Below, piece after piece: positions 12,103 to 23,105 of a stretch of DNA of 64,000 nt (positions within the stretch are counted from its first letter, which is position 1; each line of letters opens with the position of its first letter). The stretch is from Thecamonas trahens ATCC 50062. Its lineage: Eukaryota > Protista > Apusomonadida. The position numbers and the translations under genes were made by a program. Below the pieces are notes generated by a model. That model was not told the DNA's origin. It was given only the letters and a program-made list of their open reading frames with translations, and did no database searches. Where the stretch lies: contig NW_013657673.1 in NCBI RefSeq assembly GCF_000142905.1, positions 484,701 to 548,700 of the forward strand, read 5' to 3'.

Positions 12103-14506
12103 ACTCAAGCTCGAGTGGCTCCAGCTCGGACTCGGGCGTTGCCGACGGGTCCGGCGGCGCAGCAGGCTCGGCGAGTCTAGCCAGCGTGGCGATGCTCAAG
12201 GTCCGGTCATCGCGGAAGAAGCGGCGAGTTGAGAGCGCCAACGCCGACTTGCGCGACATGCTGAAGGAAAAGGCGACGGCGATGCGCGAGCGACGGGTGC
12301 GAGAGTCTGCAGCAGTGACCATCCAGCAGGCGTGGCGCGGGTACCTCTCGCGTCAGCGGCTCGGAGTTCTGGGAGGCATTGTGCGGCGGGTGCTGGACTC
12401 GCTAGCGCGGGCGCGTGATCGTGTTCCGGCGTTTATCTGCTACAATCCGCGCGAAGACCTGCTCTCCAGCGCGTATGTGCGGGCCAAGATCCTCGCGATG
12501 GACAAGATCCTCTTGCTCAACCGCATCACGTCGCCGTCGGTCCGTGACCCGGAGCTGACGCGTGCCATCCTCTACACCTACCCCAACTACATGTCCGATG
12601 CGGGCTTTCTCAACTACCTCAAGCTGCGGTTCGGATCGAACCCTGGGCCTGCCCGCGACGAGCTGCTTGATCTGCTCGAGGCCACGGCGCCCGAACTGGC
12701 GGTGAGCCCGCAGACGCGAGCCGCGCTGCACGACGACGCCACGACACGGCTGTACCCGTTCCACAGCGCGACACGCGACGCACTGCAGAATCGAGTTCTT
12801 GAGGTCATGGAGTTGTGGTTCAAGCAGCACCCGCGGCTGCTGGCCAAGGAGAGCCGGCTCCGCAGCGAGGTGTACGAGGTGCTCACGGCAATGTCAGGCA
12901 GTGAGTTTGTGATTCTCGAGGACGTGGTCGACCCGCTGGCGGTAGTGGCTGAGGAGGCTGGCGAGGCGGGTACGGCGAGCGATGGCGACGTGACGCGCGG
13001 GTCGTGTGTGCGGACGCACACGACGCCTGTGTCGATCGAGGTCGGCGCGCGTGCGCGGCGGCTGACGACAGCGCTGCAGCTCAAGTACGGCGGGATCGGG
13101 GTGAACGAGGACGAGGGTGGCGAGGAAGGCGCGGCCCGGCGCGGACGAAGCGGCTCGCTGGCGACACTGGCGAGCGGCGAGAACGAGGTGGAGATGCCGA
13201 CGTCGATTTTGCCGCTGGACTCGACCATTTCCAACGTTATGCAGCTGAGTCCCGTGGAGATCGCGCGGCAGATTACGCTCATGGACTATGACGCGCTGCA
13301 GCAGATCGAGCCGCGCGAGTTCCTCAAGCAACGGTGGGCCAAGAAGAACGCGTCGCTTGTGGCGCCGAACCTCATCACCATGATTGAGAGATTCAACTCT
13401 GTGGTGGGATGGGCGGCGAGCGAAGTGTTGTCTGTGGCGACGTTTGAGGGCCGTGCAGCGGTGATCTGCCGACTGCTCGACGTGGCGTCAGCGGCACGCG
13501 CGCTCAACAACTTCTCGGCGCTGATGGCGATTGTGTCTGCGCTCGAGTCTGCCGGCATTTCGCGGCTGGGCTTTACGTGGGACGTGGTGCCTGCGGCGTA
13601 TGTGGAGAAGCTTGCGGATCTCAAGCTAACGATGTCGATGGCGTCCAACTACTCCAAGTACCGCGCGGCGCTCAAGGCGGCCGAGGCGCCGTGCGTGCCG
13701 TACCTGGGTGTACTCCTGCAGGACCTGACGTTTATCGACGACGGCAACGAGGACTTTGTGGACGGCAAGCTGCTCAACGTGGACAAGCAGGCCATGACGG
13801 CCAAGGTCATTGACATGATCGTGTCGTTCCAGGGCGGGCGGTATGCGCTGCAGCCTGTGCTCATCATCGAGCAGTACCTGGCGAATGCAAAGCAGCTGAG
13901 CGAGAAGGAGCAGTACGCAGCGTCGCTCGAGCTCGAGCCGCGCGAGCTGAAGAACTCGCGCAAGATGGGCCACAAGAAGATTGCGTACGTGGATGAGACG
14001 GTGACGCAAGAGCGGCTGGCAGACATGACGGCCGCGGTGGAGGTCCCGCAGCGGTTTATTTCCGACATGCTGCAGCATCTCCGGGAGCGGACGTTCTCGG
14101 CGCGCGAGCTCATCATCAAGAAGGGCGACGAGGGCCACTCGATGTTCTTCATTGTGCGCGGGGTGGCCGAGGTCGAGCTCCCGAACGGAGTCAAGATTCC
14201 GCTCAACCAGGGCCAGTTCTTCGGCGAGATGGCGCTGTTTGCCAACCTCAAGCGCGGGCCAACGTGCGTGCGCGAACGGCGATGCAGGTGCTCGAGCTGA
14301 CGCGCGAAATGTGTGCCGAGATGCTCGCGACTGAGCCACAGCTCGACGCGCAGTTCCGGGCAGTGGTCGAGGCGCGGCAGGAGATGAACGAGGCCATCTC
14401 GTCGGATACCAAGAAGGGCAAGAAGAAGGGCAAGAAGGGCCGGCGCGAGCCTGCCACGCCCAAATGGATGCAGCAGCTGGCGGCATCCGCGAGCGGCCGG
14501 CCTTAG
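10671..14506 (+). CDS. FERM - IQ - RasGEF(N/REM + CDC25) - cyclic-nucleotide-binding domain protein (apparent frameshift ~14257)
   Basis: FERM (VKVHFPD...TTVAAVL...YFSIW; DAIALAG; PIYGAQLF), IQ ([12 protein letters not shown]), REM (ILYTYPNYM...LKLRF; [10 protein letters not shown]), CDC25 ([11 protein letters not shown]; [14 protein letters not shown]; [20 protein letters not shown]), cNMP ([17 protein letters not shown]; GQFFGEMAL...R.ANVRA after frame correction). Confidence 0.88.
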
Positions 14507-14610
14507 CCGTTAGCCGCGCAGCTCGATGATGGCGTGCACGGCGGCTCGGCCGCCGTCGATGGTGCGTGCGAGAGCGTAGCGGTAAATGAGGCACTCTGCG
14601 ACTGCGACAA

Positions 14611-16665
14611 TCAGGCGTTTGCGGTAGTGGACCAGGCGTTGGACTTGTGCTTGGGCACAAAGGTGAACGAGGCCGGAGCCGGGCCGAGGAGCATTTCTGT
14701 GATGCGGACCCAGTCTGCTGCGTTGTCGGAGGCGAGGAGAGTCTCGAGCTCGTTGCGTCCGACAAAGGCCGGCGGGCGGAGGGCCATGTGCTGTGGGAGG
14801 ACTTCGAGGCAGCCGACAGGGACGTAGCGGTAGAGGAACGAGAGCCACTCAAGCATGTAGCGGCGCGTGGTCTCGACGCCCTGCGAGTCTGAGCCCCAAT
14901 GCTTGAGGCCCTCGTTGGCAAAGGAGCGGAGGATGTCGAAGCGCTCCGATGACGAGATGTCCCAGTGGCGGCGCTCCTTGAGCTCTGTGAAGATCCATGG
15001 CTTGATGAGGGCGCCGCGGCCGACCATGACCGAGGTGAGGCCCGGCTGGTTCATGTACGCATCGAGCTCCTCGTACGAGTACAGGTCGCCGTTGCCGATG
15101 ACAGGCAGGTCTGCAGCCTTTGCGGTCTCGATCATGTAGTCCCATGATGCCTGCTGCGTGTAGCGCTGTGCACGGGTGCGACCGTGAATGGAGACGGCGG
15201 CGACGCCGGCGGCGGCCAGCTCCGGCAGCAGGGTATGGACCATGGGCTCATCCATGCCGAGACGGAGCTTAAATGTGAGCGGGACGTCGAGCATGGTGGC
15301 GCCGACGCGAGCGAGCGAGATGATGCGCTTGCGGCGGGCAAGGAGGCCAGAGCCCATGACCTTGTTGACGACCATGTCGAGCGGGCAACAAGCGTTGATG
15401 TCGACAAAGTCGACGTTGAGCTCCGCGGCACGCATGGCGGTACAGACCTTGGCAAACTGGTCGACGTAGCCCGAGGCGATCTGGACGCCAAAGATGGACT
15501 CTGCCTTGTGGCGGCGGAGGAGCGACCACTCTGTGCGGCGGCCTTGGAGGAGCGACGAGGCAATGGCCATCTCGCCGCAGGTGACATCGGCGCCCATGTC
15601 GACGGCGACCTTGCGGAACGGCAGGTTGCCGACGGTAGTGAGCGGGGCTAGGTAAAGCTTGTTGCTAAAGTCGATGCGCTTGCGAACGTCGTCAAAAGGG
15701 AGGCCGGTGACCTTGGCGCGGGCGGCGGGAAAGTCAAACTCACCGGGCCCGGTCTCTGCAGCGGCGGCGGCGGCCTTGACCTCGGCCTGGGCAGCCTTGG
15801 CACGGCGCAGGTCGAGCTTGCGGCGGCGGAGGGCGTGGAAGACCTTGAGCGGGACCTCGTTGCACTCATCGGGAAAGGCGTCAACCTGGGCGGCAAGGTT
15901 CTTGTTGGTCACACCGTCGTCCTCGACGTGGCCGCGGCCCCATCGGCAGGTGAGGCCAAAGCGGCAGAAGCCGTAGGCCTCGAACAGAGGGCATGAGCCC
16001 GGAGCGTCGTCTCTGCGATGCTCGGCCATCCACTTTGCCAGGTCATGCGAGCGGTTACACTTGTCGCCGAAACGGCAGCTGCCGCGGCCGACAAACAAGA
16101 CGCAGACCTGATTGGAGCGGTCCTTGACCATCGCCTTGCGCATGGCCTTGGTCCGCTTCCCGAAGCCACCGTTTGTCTTGCTGGTCGTCTCGAGATTGGC
16201 GGCAGCCAGCGGCGGCGCAGCTGCCGCTGGTGAGGCTGATGCATGGGCAGGGCTGATGGGAGACTGTTCAGAACCATCGCTCGCCAGCGGCAGATCGGCC
16301 GTGCCGCTGTCGTTGCTATCAGCCGGTGCAGCCGAGCCGTCGATCATCTTGGCCTTCTTTGCCGGCGGAGCCGAGCCAGGAGCAAGCGGGCTAGCGACAT
16401 GATCAGAAGGCTGCTGTGGAGAGGAAGCCGACGGCGAGTTTGGTCGCTTGCGGGACGAAGCTGCTGCGAGCGATGACGATGACGATGGTATTGGCGATGA
16501 TGCTGACGATGACGGCACGGCCGGCTCTGCGGCGGCGATGTGTTCGGGGCGGACGGGAGCCAGGCCCCTACGGATGAGTTGCTCGGCATGGGGGGTGAGA
16601 GCTGTGTTGGAAGGTGCCCACTTGAGGACCCGTTCGACGGCTTTGTTGCCCATGAGTTCGCTCAT
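14611..16665 (-). CDS. DUS3: tRNA-dihydrouridine(47) synthase with tandem CCCH zinc fingers
   Basis: Two CCCH fingers; LYLAPLTTVGNLPFR; IHGRTRAQRY; GRGALIKPWIFTE; ERRHWDISSSERFD; HWGSD; FVPKHKSNAW. Start inferred at MSELMGNK. Confidence 0.95.
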   Translation of the reverse strand: MSELMGNKAVERVLKWAPSNTALTPHAEQLIRRGLAPVRPEHIAAAEPAVPSSSASSPIPSSSSSLAAASSRKRPNSPSASSPQQPSDHVASPLAPGSAPPAKKAKMIDGSAAPADSNDSGTADLPLASDGSEQSPISPAHASASPAAAAPPLAAANLETTSKTNGGFGKRTKAMRKAMVKDRSNQVCVLFVGRGSCRFGDKCNRSHDLAKWMAEHRRDDAPGSCPLFEAYGFCRFGLTCRWGRGHVEDDGVTNKNLAAQVDAFPDECNEVPLKVFHALRRRKLDLRRAKAAQAEVKAAAAAAETGPGEFDFPAARAKVTGLPFDDVRKRIDFSNKLYLAPLTTVGNLPFRKVAVDMGADVTCGEMAIASSLLQGRRTEWSLLRRHKAESIFGVQIASGYVDQFAKVCTAMRAAELNVDFVDINACCPLDMVVNKVMGSGLLARRKRIISLARVGATMLDVPLTFKLRLGMDEPMVHTLLPELAAAGVAAVSIHGRTRAQRYTQQASWDYMIETAKAADLPVIGNGDLYSYEELDAYMNQPGLTSVMVGRGALIKPWIFTELKERRHWDISSSERFDILRSFANEGLKHWGSDSQGVETTRRYMLEWLSFLYRYVPVGCLEVLPQHMALRPPAFVGRNELETLLASDNAADWVRITEMLLGPAPASFTFVPKHKSNAWSTTANA

Positions 16666-16917
16666 GGTGTGTGGGAGGGGAGGGGTGGTGGTGGAAGGGG
16701 AGGGAGGGGAGGGATGGGGCTGGGGCTGGGAGGGAGGGGGGGGGAGGGCGATCAGACCGGTGGTAAAGAGATTGGGATGATGGATGGGCGAGAGGGCATG
16801 TTTTTGGGCATGGGCGGGATGGGTGGTGATGGTGGTGATGATGGTGGTTGTCCCTGGTTTCCATGGTTGACGCAATGGTACAGGGACCGTCGGTCTCTGT
16901 TGCCACACTTGATCTCT

Positions 16918-17050
16918 TCATGTCACCATGGTCATGACCATGCCCATGACCATGCTCATGACCATGCCCATGACCATGCTCATCACCATGCATATCATGG
17001 TCATCATGGTCATCATGGTCATCATGGTCATCATGGTCATCACCATCACC
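16918..17050. repeat. Degenerate CATGAC/CATGGT/CATCAT microsatellite between divergent genes
   Basis: Direct reading: (catgac/catgcc/catgct)n followed by (catcatggt)n. Confidence 0.85.
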
Positions 17051-17332
17051 CTGATCGCTGGCCGCAGATCCGTGCTCACGCGATCCGGACAGGCCAGGCC
17101 AGCCGGCATCGGCCTCGAGTGGCAGGTCACCCAGTCGCACGACTCGCGGCACCGCTCACGTCGCCCACGCCGCACACACACCACTCGCGCCACACACACG
17201 CACTCGCACCAGTCCAGGCGACACATGCGGGTGCGCCACCAGCCGCGAAGGAGCTACCATGCGTGCTCTGTCCTCGGTGCGCCGCCGGTGCGGAGTAACA
17301 AGGTCACCGTTGGCCTCACGCCCGCCGAGCTC

Positions 17333-18424
17333 ATGTCGCCCACTGCCGACGACTCGGACTTGGTTGTCGAGCTCAAGTCGCTCCACACCATGCTCAACTC
17401 GCCAGAGGCCCACGTTGAAGCCGCTTATCGGCCATCGCCTTCGCCTCTGGCGGCTCTTCCTCGCCATGATGTGCTCCGATCACGGGCAGAGTCGAGAGCT
17501 GCGGCATCGCGAGCAGAGTCGTCTGACAATCGGCACGGATATAGAGTCGGTGCTGGTATGAGCGATGGAGACGAGCGGGAGTGGGGAGAGTTTGAGACCG
17601 ATGTGGCCATCACTGATCAAGACATGGCTCCGTTTCCGGTCCTCGACATGCGATCTGGCGGGGTGCTCGACGAGGCATGGACCGCCGAGTTTGCACCGTC
17701 GTCGGACGTGCTGCTGCGGACGGCGTCGCGGACGGCGTCGCGAAAGGGCACTGCGCCGCACTCGCTGGCGGCTGCGCTGGCAGCTTTTGAAAACGCTCGC
17801 AGCGCGTCGCGCATCTCCATGGCCAACGCCCGGCGCGCGCGGTCGCAGGCGCAGCGCCTGGCCCGCACCCGCACGCCGTTTGCGAGGGCGGCAACGCTGT
17901 CGCGCATTGAGGAAGGTGCGCGACGTCGCGCCGCAGCAGCGTCACGCACACGTGAGGCCGCCGAGGACGCCGAGCTCGCGCGGGTGGCTCGAGTCGGCAA
18001 GTTTTATCAGCCCCGTCGCGGCAGGGCTCGAGCCGAGCCAGTGGCTCCCGGCTTGTCGCCGCTGCCGCCGCGCCAGCGCCCGCGCCTGTCGTCGCCGCCG
18101 CCACCGCCACCGCAGCGTCCACGCCCACCGTCGCCGGCCGCTGTTGCTCAGCGCAAGGTGGAGAAAGCGTTGGCTAGCGCCGAGCCGCCGCGGCTCGCGC
18201 TGGCCAAAGCCTTGCTTGCCGACGCGGCGAATCCGTTCGAGGGCGCTCCGGATACGGCTGCCGCACAGGTGGCGGCAGAGCGACAACTTGCACGATTTCA
18301 GGGCCCGCTGGCACGGCTCCACTCGCGGCGGCTGCGTGAGGCGCGGCCGCGCGGCAAGCGGCATGTGGGCAGCAACAGCATGACCTCGTCATCGGTCGGG
18401 TACAACATCCTTGGCGGCGACTAG
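17333..18424 (+). CDS. Hypothetical Ala/Arg/Pro-rich protein
   Basis: Long open frame (open from 16928) with protein-like composition; no domain recognised; start uncertain (17225 or 17333). Confidence 0.5.
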   Translation: MSPTADDSDLVVELKSLHTMLNSPEAHVEAAYRPSPSPLAALPRHDVLRSRAESRAAASRAESSDNRHGYRVGAGMSDGDEREWGEFETDVAITDQDMAPFPVLDMRSGGVLDEAWTAEFAPSSDVLLRTASRTASRKGTAPHSLAAALAAFENARSASRISMANARRARSQAQRLARTRTPFARAATLSRIEEGARRRAAAASRTREAAEDAELARVARVGKFYQPRRGRARAEPVAPGLSPLPPRQRPRLSSPPPPPPQRPRPPSPAAVAQRKVEKALASAEPPRLALAKALLADAANPFEGAPDTAAAQVAAERQLARFQGPLARLHSRRLREARPRGKRHVGSNSMTSSSVGYNILGGD

Positions 18425-18429
18425 TGGCG

Positions 18430-20900
18430 CAACCGGGTCGACTCGCCACGTGTGCAGATAATCACCCTTAGTGAGCAACTCGATGATGCTTGACTTCCAG
18501 GTCACCGGTCGACGCTGCGCGACGCCTGCTTGGTCTGCGGCTTGAGGTGGGAGGCGTGCCCGCGCGTGATGGCGGCCGGCACGTAGACGCCTGCCTGAAG
18601 AATGCCCGAGTTGCCGCCGCGGTGACGACCCAACGACCGGGAAGAAGAGCATGCCAGAGTTGAACACAGAGGCCAGACAGGAGAGCGCGAGGATGTCTTG
18701 CGACGGACGAGCTTGCCGGTCGGCGTAGCCGCGCAAGAGGCGGCACGCCATCTCGAACTGGAATCTGGACGCCGTGCCCATCAACGCGTACGCGCGCTGC
18801 GCTGACGCGAGCCCACGACCCGCCATGGCTCGTGTGGCTTTTCTCCACGACATCATCGACGCCCTCGTCGCCAGCGCCGACGCTGTCAGCTCCGCGCTGT
18901 CGCGCAAGCAGGAGCGACCCTCTGCAGCAGCTGCTCGTCATCACCACTCCCCAGCAAGCAGCCATGCGACGCGACTGCCTCGCCTGCCGGAGGCTTCATA
19001 GCAAGCGATCGCGGCCACGGACCTTGTGCGCCGCGTGCAGCGTCCATCTCTGCATCGCCGTCTGTTTTCTGTTGTGGCAGCCATTAACACATCATACTAC
19101 TCATTTACAGCAATTCATGGACGTTGCGACGTCTGTAGAGCGTCGCCGAGTGCGGCTTGCGCGATGTACAAATGTGTCCATTCCGTGCCGTGAGGGGATA
19201 TAAGCGCGAAGTTGGCACGATATTGGCTAACGACCTCGTGCGGAATATTTCCCTCTCTGGTTTCATACGCGTGCCGACGTGCGGCCTAAAACAATCCTTG
19301 CTAAGCCTGTTCCTAGAGGCTTGCAAGCGGGGCATGACGCTTGCGAGGACGGGCCAGTTCATCAGGGTCATTGCGCGGCAGTCCGTTCCTGCTTTGACTT
19401 GCTGCGTCGGGCCTGCTGCATGCCCGGTCCGACTCGGTCTCGTGGCGGCTTCGCTTGGTTGGTGCTGATGCTGGCAAGCTGTCAGCAAAAAATGTGTGCC
19501 GCACCACGGCCACGCGACCTGCCGTTGCACGCAAGCGTGTCAATGCAGCCTCTTCCTCTGAGGGTGCCAGACAGTACTCTGCTGTGAGGAAAGACGCAAG
19601 GGTGTCGGTATCTCCGCATTGGCGGTCTGCCAATGCAGGGGTTGGGACTGCAAGAGAGGAAACCAAATTGCCTGATGTGCTGACAACATGGGGGCACGCG
19701 TCGCCTGCCATGATCCACCCAGGTTTCTGCGACTCGGAGCGGAGCGCGTCCCTATCGTTAGCAGACGCGTCACGCCACCTTTGGTGCAGCAATTGCTCGG
19801 TGGGGAGCATGATAAAGTCTGGAAGTGTTGTGGCTGACATCAGTATCAGTATCAGAGAGTTGTGCCACTTCGAGGAATGCGAGTGAGCTGTGGTGTCGAG
19901 TCGCTGACGTGGTTGGTGTTCGCAATCACTTCAAATCACACCAATTTGGACGGATTCTCTAGTGACAGCTAGGCGTGACTGAGCCGCTTGGTTGATGCGG
20001 TCAACGAATGCGGGTTGTGGTTGGCGAAAAAAATAGTCCGGTGCGGGCGATTCAGCCGCAGGGATGTGGTTGATACTTCCACCAACACGCGTGCTCAAGC
20101 AATGCAAGGCAAGTTTCGTGGCCAAGTTGCTCAGCCGGGGTGTGGGTGGGCGTAAGTGTTTCGTAAGAGGCCTTTGTGGACGAGAAAGTTAGACTTGCAG
20201 CACGGTTGGGGTGAAGTGTACCACCGGTCGTCCGGTGCCGAAGAACGGGTTGTCCGCTGCGGACAAATCGACTTCACGGGTTAAATGCCAATTTGGCACA
20301 CATGTCAAATTGCTGCGGCACCTTGATACCCGCGACTTCAACACCGCCAACGGTCGGGTCACTCTAGTAGCAGCTGGGAGGGGCCCAGCGTAGAGGCAAC
20401 ATGCATCCGTGCATCCATCGCCTGTTGATGCTGGCAAGCAGAGTGAAACGACGCTCGCTGGCGGTCGAATCTACCGCCGCAAGTCATCGGAGTGAGCGGA
20501 ATAAAGTGGGTGAATGGCCGCACATAGGCCACTTAACAAGCGTCGCAGGGACAAGTATCCAGCATTGGATATAGCCCTGTGATGTGGCACGGTTGCTTGT
20601 GTTCCAGCACTGGACAAAAGCACGGCTGCCGCTGCTGGCGGGCCGTTTCGCCGTCATGATGTGAACGGGGAGCGGGCTAGCCGCGGCAGATGCACTCGGC
20701 CGATGCTCCGCATGGGAACGACTCTCACATGCATATGATAGTGATCCAGATAGCAAGTGCGGTTGCTTGATGTTGTGATTACTCGTGGTGACCCTGCTGT
20801 GTGCAGGAGGTGGCTGCAAGGGTGAGCTGCTTGTGCGCGATGGAGTGCTGGCAAGGGGGAACAGACTGTTCAAATAGTTGGGTCAACCTGCCACACTCAT
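18430..20900 (-). pseudogene. Lower-GC region with stop-interrupted, protein-like reading frame; possible decayed gene or element
   Basis: ORFs 19931-20125 and 19313-19840 share a frame across a single TGA, and that frame continues through further stops. Composition is visibly less GC-rich than flanking genes. No family recognised. Confidence 0.3.
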
Positions 20901-21375
20901 AAGCGTGAAGTTGAATGCCGCGTGGCTCTCGGGTTCTGATGGGGAACTCTGTAAGCAAAGGATGGTTGCACGGCGGCAGCTCGTAAGCACACATCATCCC
21001 CTTCCTTGTCTCCCCCGCTCTTCCCTGCGGGGATTTGGATGCGGGTTGGAGTTGGCGCAAGTCGTCAGTGTCGCCACGCATAAATTGATGGAATTGACCC
21101 GGAGTTGACCGTACCGCGTGTATGTCAGCGGGATTCTGGATGACTCGTGTGTTGTTGCCCGGGACGTGTGTCCGGCAACAGCGAGTGACGGCCGGCTGGG
21201 CGCCAACCGCATGGCTGCCGCCCCACACAGGACAGGTACTCTCGGGCCTAGACTCGCCACTCCTCACCCCTGCTCCTGCTGTGGCACCCGTCCTTGGGCC
21301 ACCGCCACTGCCACCGCCTCCGCCACCACCCCCGGCACCTCCGCCACCCCCAACAGCACACAGGCTCGACCCGCC

Positions 21376-21834
21376 ATGGGCAAAGTGAGCGACAACGAGT
21401 CGCGGGTCATCGCGCGGCGGCTGGCCATGTTCATCCCCTCGTTCTACCTCTTGTTCTACGTAGTAGCTGGCGTCTTCATCATGGCATACGACCTCGACTA
21501 CTGCGGAACGCTCCCGTTTGAGCATGCCAAGTTTGCCGATGGCTCCGATCGTGGCCAGGCTGCGCTCGCCACTACCACCCTCGCCTTTCTCCTTGCGCCG
21601 CTGCTCATGGTCACCATTGTCAAGTCGTCGTCAAACGCTTGGGACTACGTCGTCACCGTCGCACTCCTTCACGTTGTCCTCGCTGCCGCAGTCTCCGCCT
21701 CGTGGCCCTCCAATTGGCGCTGGTGGGCCACGGTGGCGTCCATGACCCTCGTCCTCGCTGTCGTCTCGGAGCTGATCAACTACCTGGCCGAGCTGCGCAG
21801 GACCGCCAAGGTAGCCGATGCCCTCAACTCGTGA
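21376..21834 (+). CDS. TMEM244: TMEM244 / SYS1-related small multi-pass membrane protein
   Basis: Four hydrophobic segments; motifs FYLLFY, LPFE, AWDYVVTVALLHVV, WPSNWRWW match the TMEM244 pattern (WDY..S/TV..LH...P....WW). Confidence 0.75.
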   Translation: MGKVSDNESRVIARRLAMFIPSFYLLFYVVAGVFIMAYDLDYCGTLPFEHAKFADGSDRGQAALATTTLAFLLAPLLMVTIVKSSSNAWDYVVTVALLHVVLAAAVSASWPSNWRWWATVASMTLVLAVVSELINYLAELRRTAKVADALNS

Positions 21835-23105
21835 TAAGTAGAGGCATTTCTCTGCACCAGCCCATCGCCCAGCCTTTGTAAAGGCACCCCGCTTGTAGCC
21901 TGACCCGGCCCTTGCCGCAACTTTTTTCTCTCGGACCCCCCTCCTTCCTTGCTCCCCTTTCTTCCGCACTAACACACATTCGTAGCCCTCACACAGCTCA
22001 ATTAACAAAGCACACGTCACTCACCTTGAGCCTCTCATTCAATGTACGAGCTTATGCCATTGCCGACCGAGATAGGAATACTGCATGACAGCATACTACA
22101 GCAATGACCAAGTATCCCCCTTCCCCCCTCTCCCGTTCCTCCTCCCCCCCCCCCTCCCCTCCTCCCCGTCCTTCCTTCCTCTGCTAGCTCTCCCGCTCTC
22201 CGTCCGGTGTCGCGCAAGTGTGGCATCCCGCCCAAGCCGCAAGTCGTCCACCGCCAGCACCCACCCACCCACCCTCTCCTTCTCTCCCTTCTTCTCCTTA
22301 TCCCCACAACAACCTCTCCCCTTCCCCCCTCCCCCCCCTCCTTCCCCCTCCCCCCCCCTCCTCTCTCCCTCTCTCTCCCTTCCTCCTAGTCACCTCCCCC
22401 CCCCTCCANNNNNNNNNNNNNNNNNNNNNNNNNNNNNNNNNNNNNNNNNNNNNNNNNNNNNNNNNNNNNNNNNNNNNNNNNNNNNNNNNNNNNNNNNNNN
22501 NNNNNNNNGACGAGCAGTTGGTGGAGCAGGCGAGGCCGAACCCGTGCGAACGGCAAGAAGAGGCTGTGGCGCGTGCGCTGTCGACGGCGGACGACCCGTT
22601 TGACATCGCAATGGTGGAGAAGATGTACGCGCGAGCGGTTGAGTCGGAGTTTGTGTCTGCGGTGGTAGGCGAGCGCAACTCTGTGAGTGCGCAGTTTTGT
22701 GGGCGACTTTCGCGAGGTGCTCAAGCAACGTCCACGAGTCGAACGATGAGCTCAAGGCAACGCTTGTCAACCTCTCCTCCCCCCCCCCCCCGCCTTGCAC
22801 CGAGTGGACAGATTAATCCACACCGTGTTGAACATGACATCGCCACACTACTACTCCCTACCCCCCCCCCTTCTTGGGAAGAAGGTGGGTATTCGTTACC
22901 CATTGCCCACAATCGCCTGCTGTGCCTTGGCCGTCCAACCTGGTGCAGAACGAGAAATCGTACTGTCAAGAGCTGTTCGTCGAACAACACGACACGCAGT
23001 TCCACCAAACAGGGCTAGCCCAGCCCACAATCCAAACCCAAACTCACCATCCTCCCTGTCCCATCTATAGAGTTGAAGGCTTAGGTGTGCTACACTTGTT
23101 TCATC

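Noticed and set aside
22509-23018. Short protein-like fragment after the N gap (DEQLVEQARPNPCER...)
   Set aside because: May be an exon, but it is gap-truncated with no recognisable family, so it cannot be supported as a gene call.
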